From NCBI GenBank assembly GCA_045654445.1, contig JAZONI010000128.1, forward strand, positions 1-63,755: DNA of 63,755 bases. Direction: 5' to 3'. Origin of the DNA: Bacteroidaceae bacterium (lineage in GTDB: Bacteria > Bacteroidota > Bacteroidia > Bacteroidales > Bacteroidaceae). Each line of letters starts with the position of its first letter. The stretch's first letter is position 1. Positions 1 through 9,777 of this stretch are shown here, piece by piece. The translations under genes were made by a program, and so were the position numbers. A model generated the notes under the pieces. That model had not been told where the DNA came from. It ran no database searches and saw only the letters and a program-made list of their open reading frames with translations.

Positions 1-411
1 GAGAACTTCTCATACAACACCTCTATCAGCGCCTTCATGATCTGCGTGAACGAGCTCTCGTCGCTCAAGTGCACCAAGCGCGAGGTGCTGATGCCTCTCG
101 TAGTAGCCTTGGCACCCTTCGCACCTCATGTGTGCGAAGAGCTGTTCGAGCTGCTCGGTGGCACAGGCTCTGTGTGCGATGCCCAGTGGCCCGTATTCAA
201 TGAGGAGTACCTCAAGGAGGACAGCGTAGTGTACTCAATCTCGTTCAACGGAAAGACCCGCTTCACTATGGAGCTGGCTGCCGACCTGGACAATGCTGCG
301 ATTCAAGAGACTGTGCTCGCCAATGAGAATACACAGAAGTACATCGATGGTAAGACAATCCGCAAGGTCATCGTCGTGCCGAAGAAGATAGTGAATATTG
401 TGATTAGTTAA
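1..411 (+). CDS. leuS: Leucyl-tRNA synthetase, C-terminal fragment (5' end outside window)
   Basis: Frame +1 is open from nt 1 to TAA at 409-411. The tail (FAPHVCEELFELLGG...WPVFNEEYLKED...NGKTRF...IRKVIVVPKKIVNIV) reads like the C-terminal domain of bacterial LeuS. Confidence 0.85.
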   Translation, partial: ENFSYNTSISAFMICVNELSSLKCTKREVLMPLVVALAPFAPHVCEELFELLGGTGSVCDAQWPVFNEEYLKEDSVVYSISFNGKTRFTMELAADLDNAAIQETVLANENTQKYIDGKTIRKVIVVPKKIVNIVIS

Positions 412-486
412 GAATTAATAGTGAAAAGTAGAGAGAACTGTAGATGGCTCCTCTACTTATCACTTTCACATTTTACTCTTATAACC

Positions 487-1392
487 ATGCAAACTTTTTT
501 GTTAGACAACAAGCACAAACTACTACGTGAGGTAAAGGATTATTTTGCCATAGCTTTCGGGTTGTTTATCTATTCTTTGGGTTGGAGTTGCTTTATGCTC
601 CCGTATCAAATTACTATGGGTGGTGTTACGGGTATAGCAGCTATCGTCTTTTATGCTACTGGTATAGACATGCAGCTGGTGTACCTTAGTATTAATGCCG
701 TGTTGCTACTTTTTGCTCTTCGCCTTCTTGGATGGAGGTTCTGCCTTAAGACAATTTATGCAGTAGGCATGCTTACCGTAATGCTTGATGTTACCCAAAC
801 ATGGTTTATGGATGAGAATGGGCAATTTATGCAGCTTCTTGGTCCAGGTCAAGACTTTATGGCTTGTGTGCTTGGTGCAGTGGCAGCTGGAATCGGAGTT
901 GGTCTTGCCTTTACCCATAATGGAAGTACGGGTGGTATGGATATTGTCAATGCCATCATTAATAAGTTCCGCAATATCAGCTTTGGACGTGCTACGATGA
1001 TTTCAGATATTATAATCATCAGTAGTTGTTATTTTGTGTTCAATGACTGGCGTCGTGTGATGTTTGGCTTTGTTGCACTCGTCATCATGAGTGTTACCCT
1101 CGACTACTACATCAATAGTACCCGTGGCTCAGTGCAGTTCCTTATTTTCTCTAATAAGTATGAGGAAATAGCTGACTACATCAACTCTAAATTACGCCGT
1201 GGTGTTACCGTGCTCGATGGAACGGGATGGTATAGTAAAACTCCACGTAAGGTCTTGGTTGTATTGGCTAAGCGGCAAGATGCTGTAAATATCTTCCGTG
1301 TTATCCATGATATCGACCCCAATGCCTTCGTATCGCAAAGCAACGTGACGGGAGTGTATGGAGAAGGATTCGATAAGATTAAGGTAAAGTAA
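487..1392 (+). CDS. YitT-family membrane protein with C-terminal DUF2179-like domain
   Basis: Several predicted TM helices followed by a soluble tail (VTVLDGTGWYS...VLVVLAKRQDAVNIFRVIHDIDPNAFVSQSNVTGVYGEGF). I start at ATG 487 rather than the track's GTG 421. Confidence 0.8.
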   Translation: MQTFLLDNKHKLLREVKDYFAIAFGLFIYSLGWSCFMLPYQITMGGVTGIAAIVFYATGIDMQLVYLSINAVLLLFALRLLGWRFCLKTIYAVGMLTVMLDVTQTWFMDENGQFMQLLGPGQDFMACVLGAVAAGIGVGLAFTHNGSTGGMDIVNAIINKFRNISFGRATMISDIIIISSCYFVFNDWRRVMFGFVALVIMSVTLDYYINSTRGSVQFLIFSNKYEEIADYINSKLRRGVTVLDGTGWYSKTPRKVLVVLAKRQDAVNIFRVIHDIDPNAFVSQSNVTGVYGEGFDKIKVK

Positions 1393-1465
1393 TAACCTAA
1401 AAGAGTGAGTTCATCGTAGATCTTCAGTGAATTCACTCTTTTGCTATTATAAACATACATTAAGA

Positions 1466-2044
1466 ATGAAACAAAAAATAGTATTCGCTACTAATAATGC
1501 ACATAAGCTAGAAGAGGTGGCTGCCATGTTGGGAGAAGCATATGAAGTGTTGAGCCTGCGTGAGATAGGCTGCGATGCCGATATCCCCGAAACAGCAGAG
1601 ACCTTTGCAGGCAATGCGATGCAAAAAGCAAGGTATGTTAAAGAGCACTATGGGTACGATTGCTTTGCCGATGATAGCGGTTTAGAAGTAGATGCACTTG
1701 ACGGAGCACCTGGCATATATAGCGCTCGCTACAGCGGAGGAGGCTCAGAGGCCAATATGGACAAGCTTTTGCATAATTTAACAGGGAAAAGTGACCGCGG
1801 CGCACAATTTCGTACAGTTATCGCGTTATTAATAGGTGAAGAGACCCAATTGTTTGAAGGCATTGTGCGTGGTTCTATCATCGAAGAACGCCGTGGAGAG
1901 GCAGGATTCGGTTACGACCCAATCTTCGTGCCTGATGGCTATGAGCAAACTTTTGCTCAGTTAGGTAACGAGGTGAAAAACCGTATTAGCCATCGCGCCA
2001 AAGCAGTGGAACAGTTGGTGCGATATCTAAACAACATGAAATAA
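1466..2044 (+). CDS. rdgB: Non-canonical purine NTP pyrophosphatase (RdgB/HAM1 family)
   Basis: [14 protein letters not shown]...[23 protein letters not shown]...GFGYDPIF...ISHRAKA are the family motifs. Start moved to ATG 1466 ([11 protein letters not shown]). Confidence 0.9.
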   Translation: MKQKIVFATNNAHKLEEVAAMLGEAYEVLSLREIGCDADIPETAETFAGNAMQKARYVKEHYGYDCFADDSGLEVDALDGAPGIYSARYSGGGSEANMDKLLHNLTGKSDRGAQFRTVIALLIGEETQLFEGIVRGSIIEERRGEAGFGYDPIFVPDGYEQTFAQLGNEVKNRISHRAKAVEQLVRYLNNMK

Positions 2045-2047
2045 AGA

Positions 2048-4351
2048 ATGAGACGAACAACCCTACTGACATTAACATCCCTACTATGCTGCCTAATAAT
2101 GCATGCGCAAGGAAGCATCGGCTCGTGGCGCTCGCATGTGGCCTACCATAATGCGACACAATGTGTGGCGACAAATGGGAAGGTGTATGTGCTGAGCGAT
2201 GGATCTTTGTATTCGTATAGTCCTGCAGATGAATTTGTAGAGACCTACGACAAGGCCAATAGTCTCAGCGACCAAGGAATAAGGCACATTGCTGCCGATG
2301 AGCAGTCGGGAACACTCGTCATCATCTATAACAATGCCAACATTGATCTACTGCGCCATGATGGGACAGTGGAAAACATCACCGACTATGCCAATAAAAC
2401 AACTTTAGACCCCATGGTCAACGATGTACGTATAGCAAATGGTAATGCCTATCTATCGACTAACTTCGGACTCACAGTGCTAAATATTGCACGTGGAGAA
2501 TTCATCAATACCTATACCTTGGGAAGAGTTACACATAGTAGCATTGAAACGAATGGTTACATCTATGCCGCCACGGCCAATGGGCTTTATCGTGGAAATA
2601 CGAAAGATAACTTGCTCGATACTTGCAATTGGATTCAAATAAATACCTCCGTATATACCCAATTGGCCTATTTCAAAGGACAGTTGATGGCACTTAAAAC
2701 GAAGAAATCTATAGATTGTATTGATCCTACGAATGGGGATGCCGAGATATTTCTGAATAAGGCATTCAACTTCATGCATTATACTGAAAACGATCTCTTT
2801 ATAGGAAATAATAAAGAGACATATGTTTACCGTTCGTTGATAGATTACCAGAAACTACCCCTTGAAGGAGTAACCTATCTCACTTTTGATGGTACTACGT
2901 ATTGGTCTACTCATGGAGTAAAGGGACTGAATGGATACATCTATGACAAGACTAATAAGAGTATAGCACATGAGGTAGGCCCAATCATTCCTAATAGCCC
3001 CATACGTAATCATTGTCAATATATGAACTTCGTAAGTGATGAGCGATTGCTCATCGCAGGAGGATGCCTCAACTATTTTGGAACGACTTTCTTTGACGGC
3101 ACATTGATGATGTATGAAGAAGGCGAATGGAAAACATTTCAAGAAGAGGGTATTGCAACAGCAACTGGCGTGCACTACAAGAATATGACCAGCATCGTGC
3201 AAGATCCGAAGGATGAAACTCACCATTATGCCTCATCATTCGGACAGGGGATCTATGAATTTAAGGATATGAAATTGGTCAATCACATCACCGATAAGAA
3301 TAGCCTCCTTGAATCGGCCGTTCCTGGGAGTAACCTATATACCCGTATTAGTCGTTTGATATACGACAAATGGGGCAACCTATGGATTACCAATGGACGT
3401 GCGGAAGCACCACTTAAAATAATGAAGCCCGATGGTACGATGGTAAACCTGTACTATAAGGAGTTAGAAGGATTACCTACTGTAACTGAAGTCTTGTTTG
3501 ATAAGCAAGGACGCGTATGGGTGGTAAGCATGCGTGGTGAAGATAGTGTACGCCTATTCTGCATCGACATGAATGGTACGCTTGAAAATACGGCTGATGA
3601 TCGAATTAAGGTATTCGATGAAAAATTCATTGACCAAGATAACCTATCTGTAGAAATATACTATATCAACGACATTGTCGAAGATCTCAATGGGGATATT
3701 TGGGTCATGACCGATAAGGGTCCCTACGTCATGTATGATACAGACAAGGTGTTCGATAATAACTATCATTTTACAAAAATAAAAGTTCCTCGTAATGATG
3801 GCACTAACTATGCTGATTACCTACTTGATGGCGTTTATACTACCTGCGTAGAAATTGATGCCGCCAATCGCAAGTGGATTGGTACACTGAGTAACGGATT
3901 ATACCTTGTTGAGTCTGATGGGCTGGAAACCTTACACCATTTCACTGCAGAAAATTCACCATTGCTCTCTAACACAATAGAAAGTCTTGCTATACACCAT
4001 GCTTCAGGTGAACTCTACATTGGTACTGACAAAGGTATTGTTTCGTATATGGGAGATGCTATCCGTGCTGAGGAGGAGTATCATGAGGAGAATGTATATG
4101 CCTATCCCAATCCCATATCTCCCGATTATACTGGCCTCATCACTATCGTAGGATTAAAGATAAACAGCAATGTCAAAATCATAAATGCTGCAGGGCGACT
4201 TATCGCTGAAGGTCGGTCGCTTGGAGGCTCCTTCACATGGGATGGTAAAAACCCACAAGGCCAACGCGTGGCCACAGGCATATACTACGTGCTCGGAGCT
4301 GACGAGAAAGGCGACGAGGGGATAGTGACAAAAATACTCTTTATCCAATAG
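2048..4351 (+). CDS. Secreted double beta-propeller protein with T9SS C-terminal sorting domain (PorZ-like, tentative)
   Basis: 767-aa ORF starting 4 nt after rdgB. It has a signal peptide (LLCCLIMHAQG) and repeated propeller-like segments. The last ~80 aa (YAYPNPISPDYTGLITIVGL...GIYYVLGADEKG...KILFIQ) look like a type IX secretion CTD. Confidence 0.6.
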   Translation: MRRTTLLTLTSLLCCLIMHAQGSIGSWRSHVAYHNATQCVATNGKVYVLSDGSLYSYSPADEFVETYDKANSLSDQGIRHIAADEQSGTLVIIYNNANIDLLRHDGTVENITDYANKTTLDPMVNDVRIANGNAYLSTNFGLTVLNIARGEFINTYTLGRVTHSSIETNGYIYAATANGLYRGNTKDNLLDTCNWIQINTSVYTQLAYFKGQLMALKTKKSIDCIDPTNGDAEIFLNKAFNFMHYTENDLFIGNNKETYVYRSLIDYQKLPLEGVTYLTFDGTTYWSTHGVKGLNGYIYDKTNKSIAHEVGPIIPNSPIRNHCQYMNFVSDERLLIAGGCLNYFGTTFFDGTLMMYEEGEWKTFQEEGIATATGVHYKNMTSIVQDPKDETHHYASSFGQGIYEFKDMKLVNHITDKNSLLESAVPGSNLYTRISRLIYDKWGNLWITNGRAEAPLKIMKPDGTMVNLYYKELEGLPTVTEVLFDKQGRVWVVSMRGEDSVRLFCIDMNGTLENTADDRIKVFDEKFIDQDNLSVEIYYINDIVEDLNGDIWVMTDKGPYVMYDTDKVFDNNYHFTKIKVPRNDGTNYADYLLDGVYTTCVEIDAANRKWIGTLSNGLYLVESDGLETLHHFTAENSPLLSNTIESLAIHHASGELYIGTDKGIVSYMGDAIRAEEEYHEENVYAYPNPISPDYTGLITIVGLKINSNVKIINAAGRLIAEGRSLGGSFTWDGKNPQGQRVATGIYYVLGADEKGDEGIVTKILFIQ

Positions 4352-5192
4352 GCTTAACCTCAATGACGCATTGCTCCACTCCATGCTTTTCGAGCAAGGT
4401 GTGCAACGAATTCTTTAATTGCTCAACCATTGGCAAGCTATTTAACCTAGTGCACAATACCACTTCAGCCATGTGGTATTCGTTATCCATGCTCCAGATG
4501 CGTAGTTGCTGCACCTCAATCACATCCTCTAAGGCTGTAATCTCTGCCTTTACCACGTTGTAGTCTACTGAGGCCGGTACCCCCTCAAGTACAATGCGAA
4601 AGGCGGTGATCACGTTGCGCACCACATTGTAGAGTATGTAGAGCGATATGCATACCGAGAGTAGAGGGTCGAGCAGAGGCATCTCTACCACCATCATCAC
4701 CAAACTGGCCACGAGCACGGCTACCCAACCCAGGCAATCACCTAACAGGTGTAGCGATACCATGCGCTGGTTCACACTGGTGCCGCGCCAGGTACGCCAT
4801 GCGGCAAACCCCTTGAAGGCGATGGCCAATAGGGCAAACCACATCATACCATTGGCATCGACTTTTACGGGTGAGGCCATGCGCTCGAAACTCTCATGCA
4901 GCACTACCGAGGCGCCACTAATCAAGATACAAGCATTGACAAATGCCCCCAATAGGGCAAAGCGGCGGTAGCCAAAATTAAACCTATGGGTAGGCCTATG
5001 CTTAGCTATACGCTCAAAGCCCCATGCTAAACCGATAGAGAGTGTACACCCTAGGTCGTGGATAGAGTCAGAAATGATGGCCATGCTATTGGTGAGCCAT
5101 CCTCCGGTGAGTGCTATCACCGTAAATGCAAGATTGATGAAGAAGGCTGAGAGTATGTTGTGCCCTGCACCTTCGTTATGGTGGTGAATCAT
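4341..5192 (-). CDS. Cation diffusion facilitator (CDF) family metal efflux transporter
   Basis: Six TM segments with HxxxD-type metal sites (SDSIHD, HLLGD) and a C-terminal cytoplasmic domain. Its 3' end overlaps the convergent upstream gene by 11 nt. Confidence 0.85.
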   Translation of the reverse strand: MIHHHNEGAGHNILSAFFINLAFTVIALTGGWLTNSMAIISDSIHDLGCTLSIGLAWGFERIAKHRPTHRFNFGYRRFALLGAFVNACILISGASVVLHESFERMASPVKVDANGMMWFALLAIAFKGFAAWRTWRGTSVNQRMVSLHLLGDCLGWVAVLVASLVMMVVEMPLLDPLLSVCISLYILYNVVRNVITAFRIVLEGVPASVDYNVVKAEITALEDVIEVQQLRIWSMDNEYHMAEVVLCTRLNSLPMVEQLKNSLHTLLEKHGVEQCVIEVKPIG

Positions 5193-5261
5193 ATGAATTA
5201 TTAGTTAAAGTTATAATATTGAATGTTTAATAAACAACCATTAGAATAGTTCATTCTCCAT

Positions 5262-6311
5262 TTATTGTTTACCATTTGCTAGAATAACATATCCCTTGGC
5301 CTCACGCCGTAGCGGGTAGTTGCCTCTCAACCACTCAAATGCCTCAGGCTTGTCCTTTAGCCGACGGCTGTCGTCGTGGGGGTTGTATATCTGTATCAGT
5401 GCCTGCTCGCGTGTGGCAGCCTTCACCTCGGGGTTGTGAGGAGCTGGCGGCGTTATCTCGGGCACAGGGGGCAATGCGAAGTGGGCCTGCAGTGCTTGTA
5501 GTGCCATCTGTGTGGCACAGGCCTTACCGTCGGCCGAGTAGCCTGCGATATGAGGCGTGCCTATGTAGCAGCGCTCCAGCAGGGCAAGGTCGATGTGAGG
5601 CTCGTGCTCCCACACGTCGATGATGCATTGTGCCACCTGTCCCTTGTTGAGGGCATGGTGCAGCGCCTCGGTGTCTACGGTCTCGCCTCGCGAGGTGTTG
5701 ATAAGCCAAGGCTTGCGCTCCAGCGCATCGAAGAAAGCCGCATCGGCCATATGGTAGGTAGGGAACCGGCCCTCGCGTGTGAGCGGTGTATGCAGCGTGA
5801 TGATGTCCGCCTCGCGGGCTATCACTTCCAGGGACACGAATCCCTCGTCGCCCCGCTCGGCCCTTGGGGGGTCGCAGCACAGCACGCGCATGCCCCATGA
5901 GCGGGCCATCGCAGCTACCAGCGAACCCACATGACCCACGCCCACGATGCCTAGGGTGCTCTTGCTAAGGCACACACCCTGCTCGGTCTGCAGCAGCAGT
6001 AGGGTGCTCTCTATATATTGACACACTGAGGCTGCATTGCACCCCGGGGCATTGGTCCAGCAAATGTCGTGCGTGGCACAGTAGTCAGTATCAATGTGGT
6101 CATACCCGATGGTTGCCGTAGCTATAAACCTCACTCGGCTGCCCTCGAGCAGTGTGGCATCGCAGCGAGTGCGGGTGCGCACGATGAGCGCATCGGCATC
6201 GCTCACCGCATCGGCATCAATCAGGCTACCGGGCATATACACGCCCTCCACCCCCATCGTCTCCAGCGCCTCGCGCAGGTAGGGTATCTTATCGTCGGCT
6301 ACTACTCTCAT
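5262..6311 (-). CDS. pdxB: 4-phosphoerythronate dehydrogenase (D-2-hydroxyacid dehydrogenase family)
   Basis: MRVVADDKIPYL...ATIGYDHID...GIVGVGHVGS (NAD Rossmann motif)...TPHIAGYS. Start moved to ATG 6311, which overlaps the upstream WbqC gene by 23 nt. Confidence 0.8.
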   Translation of the reverse strand: MRVVADDKIPYLREALETMGVEGVYMPGSLIDADAVSDADALIVRTRTRCDATLLEGSRVRFIATATIGYDHIDTDYCATHDICWTNAPGCNAASVCQYIESTLLLLQTEQGVCLSKSTLGIVGVGHVGSLVAAMARSWGMRVLCCDPPRAERGDEGFVSLEVIAREADIITLHTPLTREGRFPTYHMADAAFFDALERKPWLINTSRGETVDTEALHHALNKGQVAQCIIDVWEHEPHIDLALLERCYIGTPHIAGYSADGKACATQMALQALQAHFALPPVPEITPPAPHNPEVKAATREQALIQIYNPHDDSRRLKDKPEAFEWLRGNYPLRREAKGYVILANGKQ

Positions 6312-6927
6312 ACAGCACCAATATACTTTCGGGACCCATATTGAAGAGCAGGTCCACAATACTCAGGTTAGCGATAAATCCGTGTCGTTCCTTAAACACC
6401 TGATAGTAGGGCTTGGGGCAAAACTCCTTATCGTCGCTCCACGCCTGTTTAGGACTGATCATAGTGCGAAAATCGGCCATTTCATCGGGTTTATGCACAT
6501 ATTGCGTAGTAGGCACCAGCGAGGTGTCGATGCCTATGAGCGAGCACATCAGTTCGGTCAGTTGCAGGTTATAGTCGTATAGAAACTCCACCTTCTTCTC
6601 GTAGAAGGGGTGCAGGTCATCCTCATAGTAGAGGAAGAAGGGTGTGTGGCGGTAGGCCGCCTCCAGCGCGTTCCAGTGCTGGTGTCTCCAGTTGCCATGG
6701 TCGCTGATGCGTATGTCGCGCATCGGGCAGTTGCCTGCTGTAGGCTTCTCCGTAGGTATGGTGAGTGCCAGCGGTCCGTTGGCATCGGCTATGAGGCATC
6801 GGTTGCGGTAGGTCTGCTTCATATAGGTGTCGCAGGCCTCGATATGTGCCGTGCCACCGCTACAGGCAAGCAGCTTGGCATAGTACTGTACCGGGGCAAG
6901 ATAGGCCGATGATAGTATTGCATCCAT
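6289..6927 (-). CDS. WbqC-family protein (function unknown)
   Basis: The N-terminus SSAYLAPVQYYAKLL...YMKQTYRNRCLIADANGPLALTIP is typical of WbqC-like proteins. It sits in an operon with pdxB. Confidence 0.7.
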   Translation of the reverse strand: MDAILSSAYLAPVQYYAKLLACSGGTAHIEACDTYMKQTYRNRCLIADANGPLALTIPTEKPTAGNCPMRDIRISDHGNWRHQHWNALEAAYRHTPFFLYYEDDLHPFYEKKVEFLYDYNLQLTELMCSLIGIDTSLVPTTQYVHKPDEMADFRTMISPKQAWSDDKEFCPKPYYQVFKERHGFIANLSIVDLLFNMGPESILVLYESSSRR

Positions 6928-7000
6928 GGATCTAGTCTCTATGATTATATCCTTCGTATCTAAAAATTGCTGCTAAGATAACACTTTTTCACGAATAGCA

Positions 7001-7008
7001 CAAAGTTA
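7001..7008 (-). promoter_or_regulatory. Putative -7 box TAACTTTG (Bacteroidota TAnnTTTG) for the wbqC-pdxB operon
   Basis: Exact consensus match on the minus strand, 74 nt upstream of ATG 6927, intergenic. Confidence 0.4.
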
Positions 7009-7110
7009 TAAAAAGGATATCTTAAGAACAATATCATTTTGAGTTCCTCATTTTCTATATATTATGCTTATATTTTACAAATAATTGAATTGTCATATTG
7101 TTTTATTCAT

Positions 7111-7118
7111 TAACTTTG
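7111..7118 (+). promoter_or_regulatory. Putative -7 box TAACTTTG for the CoA-transferase gene
   Basis: Exact TAnnTTTG match 50 nt upstream of ATG 7168. Confidence 0.4.
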
Positions 7119-7167
7119 GGCCGATTATTTGTTTTAGAAAGTAAAAATAACAAAAAGATATACGACT

Positions 7168-8661
7168 ATGGGTTTTAAGATTATCAGTGCAGCAGAGGCT
7201 GCAAGCCATGTGAAGCATGGATACAATGTCGGTTTGGGTGGCTTCACTCCTGCCGGCACCCCCAAGACAGTGACCGCCGAAATTGCACGCCTCGCCGAAG
7301 CCGAGCATGCAGCCGGACGTCCTTTCCAGATAGGATTGTTTACCGGTGCTTCTACAGGTGACTCCTGCGATGGTGCGCTCACTCGCGCCAAAGCACTCCG
7401 TTATCGTGCCCCCTATACCACTAACGGTGACTTCCGCAAGGCAGTCAACGCAGGCGAGATTGCCTACAACGACATACACCTTTCGCAGATGGCGCAGGAG
7501 TTGCGCTATGGTTTCATGGGTAAGGTCGATGTGGCTATCCTCGAGGCTTGTGACGTTACTCCTTGTGGTAAGATATACCTTACCGCAGGTGTAGGCATTG
7601 CTCCCACCGTGGCACGTCTGGCCGACAAGATTATCATCGAACTTAACAGCGCCTACGGCACCGCTCCCAAGGGATTGCACGACATTTACGAACCCCTTGA
7701 CCAGCCCCTGCGACGCGAGATTCCCGTATATAGACCCAGCGACCGTATAGGCGCACCTTACATCCAAGTAGATCCTGCCAAGATTGTAGGTGTCGTAGAG
7801 GTTAACCTCCCCGACGAGGCACGTCCCTTCTCCGAGGCCGACCCCATCACACAGCAGATAGGCCATAATGTGGCGCAGTTCCTCATCAATGATCTCAAGC
7901 GTGGCATTATCCCCTCTACCTTCCTTCCTTTGCAGAGTGGTGTAGGCAATGTGGCCAATGCTGTACTTGGTGCACTTGGTGCCGACCCCACCGTGCCCGC
8001 CTTTGAGATGTATACCGAAGTGATACAGGACTCGGTCATTGACCTCATTCGTTCAGGCCGTTGTAAGTTTGGCAGCACCTGCTCGCTAAGCGTGAGCAAC
8101 GAGGGACTCAAAAGTATCTATGATGACATTAATTTCTTTAAGGACAAACTCATCTTGCGTCCCTCGGAGATTTCAAACCACCCTGCAGTAGCACGCCGCA
8201 TCGGTCTGATCTCTATGAATACAGCCCTTGAAGCCGATATCTATGGCAATGTAAACTCCACCCACGTGTGTGGTACCAAGATGATGAACGGTATCGGTGG
8301 CTCAGGCGACTTTACCCGCAATGCCTACATCAGTATCTTCTCGTGTCCCTCAACAGCCAAGAATGGTATGATTAGTGCCATCGTACCCATGGTGTCGCAT
8401 GTGGATCACAATGAACACAGCGTCAACATCATGATTACCGAGCAAGGTATTGCCGACCTTCGTGGCAAGAGTCCCATGGAGCGTGCCAAGACCATCATCG
8501 AGAACTGTGCACACCCTGACTACCGCCAAATGCTGTGGGATTATCTGCACTTCTCGACCAAAGGACACACTTGCCATAACCTGCGCGCAGCATTCGGCAT
8601 GCACGATGCACTGATGCGCAAGGGAGACATGCGCTTGACCGACTGGAGCGAATTTGCATAA
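7168..8661 (+). CDS. Succinate CoA-transferase / acetyl-CoA hydrolase-transferase family (ScpC/YgfH-like)
   Basis: 497 aa. GFTPAGTPK...LFTGASTGDS...RAPYTTN...IHLSQMAQELRYGFMGKVDVAILEA...NGIGGSGDF runs colinear with E. coli ScpC as I remember it. Confidence 0.85.
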   Translation: MGFKIISAAEAASHVKHGYNVGLGGFTPAGTPKTVTAEIARLAEAEHAAGRPFQIGLFTGASTGDSCDGALTRAKALRYRAPYTTNGDFRKAVNAGEIAYNDIHLSQMAQELRYGFMGKVDVAILEACDVTPCGKIYLTAGVGIAPTVARLADKIIIELNSAYGTAPKGLHDIYEPLDQPLRREIPVYRPSDRIGAPYIQVDPAKIVGVVEVNLPDEARPFSEADPITQQIGHNVAQFLINDLKRGIIPSTFLPLQSGVGNVANAVLGALGADPTVPAFEMYTEVIQDSVIDLIRSGRCKFGSTCSLSVSNEGLKSIYDDINFFKDKLILRPSEISNHPAVARRIGLISMNTALEADIYGNVNSTHVCGTKMMNGIGGSGDFTRNAYISIFSCPSTAKNGMISAIVPMVSHVDHNEHSVNIMITEQGIADLRGKSPMERAKTIIENCAHPDYRQMLWDYLHFSTKGHTCHNLRAAFGMHDALMRKGDMRLTDWSEFA

Positions 8662-8717
8662 TAGAAAGTCAATGATAATCGGGGAAGGTAACCCCTTAAT
8701 CATTTTAAGTATATAAG

Positions 8718-8769
8718 GTCTGTAAAATAGCCTACGTCTATTCTTTACAGACTTTATTGATTCTTTTTT
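8718..8769 (+). terminator. Rho-independent terminator after the CoA-transferase gene
   Basis: Hairpin gtctgtaaaatag...ctattctttacagac (8718-8752, one bulge) followed by tttattgattctttttt. Confidence 0.7.
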
Positions 8770-8777
8770 GAGTGGCG

Positions 8778-8810
8778 TAAAAAGAAACGGCAGGTCGTGT
8801 GGCCTGCCGT
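8778..8810 (-). terminator. Rho-independent terminator of the minus-strand YidD-fusion operon
   Basis: 8-bp GC-rich stem acggcagg/cctgccgt (8787-8794 / 8803-8810) followed on the minus strand by tttctttttac. Confidence 0.7.
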
Positions 8811-8863
8811 AACTGGAATAGAGCGATTGACTAAGAATCACTTTACAGTTGATTGTAATGCGA

Positions 8864-9175
8864 CTATCTTATCTCACGTGTCTTTACCTTGCTTCCTGTT
8901 GGAGAATCCTCACGCAGAGATACAGTAGCAGTACCCAAGCCCATCAAAGAAGTATTTGAGCAGAAGAGGTCGAATGCATCTACAGCTTCACTTTCTTCGC
9001 ATTCACCGAGGCTCATATAATCTTGACCTCCAAACGCAGTATCAAAAATATACTCCACTGTATTGTTGCTAGCTTCGTCCAACACGATAAAATACTCACT
9101 TACTTTGCTGCATGATGTCATTGCTAACATTGCACATACGGCAATCATTGTTAAGAACAAATTTTTGGTTTTCAT
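8864..9175 (-). CDS. Small lipoprotein, unknown function
   Basis: 103 aa with a lipoprotein signal (LAMTSC). It is the last gene of the minus-strand operon 10950->8864, and a terminator hairpin follows at 8778-8810. Confidence 0.6.
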   Translation of the reverse strand: MKTKNLFLTMIAVCAMLAMTSCSKVSEYFIVLDEASNNTVEYIFDTAFGGQDYMSLGECEESEAVDAFDLFCSNTSLMGLGTATVSLREDSPTGSKVKTREIR

Positions 9176-9242
9176 CTTTGTTTGTATTTTAGTGATAAAA
9201 AATAATGTTGTGTTTATTCAACTCAAGATGTATCATCTTTTT

Positions 9243-9764
9243 TTAGATAGCGATATCTGTATTCGAAGCAACTGTAGCATCAAAGGTTGTACCAGGGGTA
9301 ATTATACCATCACCTCCATGTAGCAAGAAACCAAATCCACAAAGAAAGGTCAATACCAATGCAGTAACCAATTTATTGTCTCCCTCAGCAGTCAAAGAAG
9401 AACTACTTAGAGCTACTCTTGTCCCATCAATGGCATTTACACTTTTTACTTGTACGGTTACTTCACCTTGGATACCCAACATCTTCTTTTTAGAGGCACT
9501 GAGCACTTGCCCTTTGGCGATTGAGCCTGCTGGGATAACAACTACACCATCGGCTTTAACATCACTCATAACACGAAAATCAACAGTCTGACCTGGTTTC
9601 ATCTTAGAATTTACCTCATTAATCAGTTCCAAACTAACCATTGTTCCAGCTTTCAAGACTGCTACATTTCCTACAGGTGCAGTAAATGAACTTAAAAGCA
9701 CTACACAAGCGAGCAACAATGCAGTAAACTTACCCCGCTTTGAATTGACGATTTTTGTAAACAT
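9243..9764 (-). CDS. Exported protein with Gly-zipper membrane segment, unknown function
   Basis: 173 aa. It has a signal peptide, a beta-rich core (GTMVSLEL...GQTVDFRV...VVIPAGSIAKGQV...DGTRVAL) and a hydrophobic Gly-rich segment (LVLTFLCGFGFLLHGGDG). It starts 13 nt downstream of the YidD-fusion gene. Confidence 0.6.
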   Translation of the reverse strand: MFTKIVNSKRGKFTALLLACVVLLSSFTAPVGNVAVLKAGTMVSLELINEVNSKMKPGQTVDFRVMSDVKADGVVVIPAGSIAKGQVLSASKKKMLGIQGEVTVQVKSVNAIDGTRVALSSSSLTAEGDNKLVTALVLTFLCGFGFLLHGGDGIITPGTTFDATVASNTDIAI

Positions 9765-9777
9765 AATAATAACTTTT

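Noticed and set aside
7093-7866. 257-aa minus-strand ORF
   Set aside because: Antisense to the CoA-transferase gene, with no domain signature. Shadow ORF.
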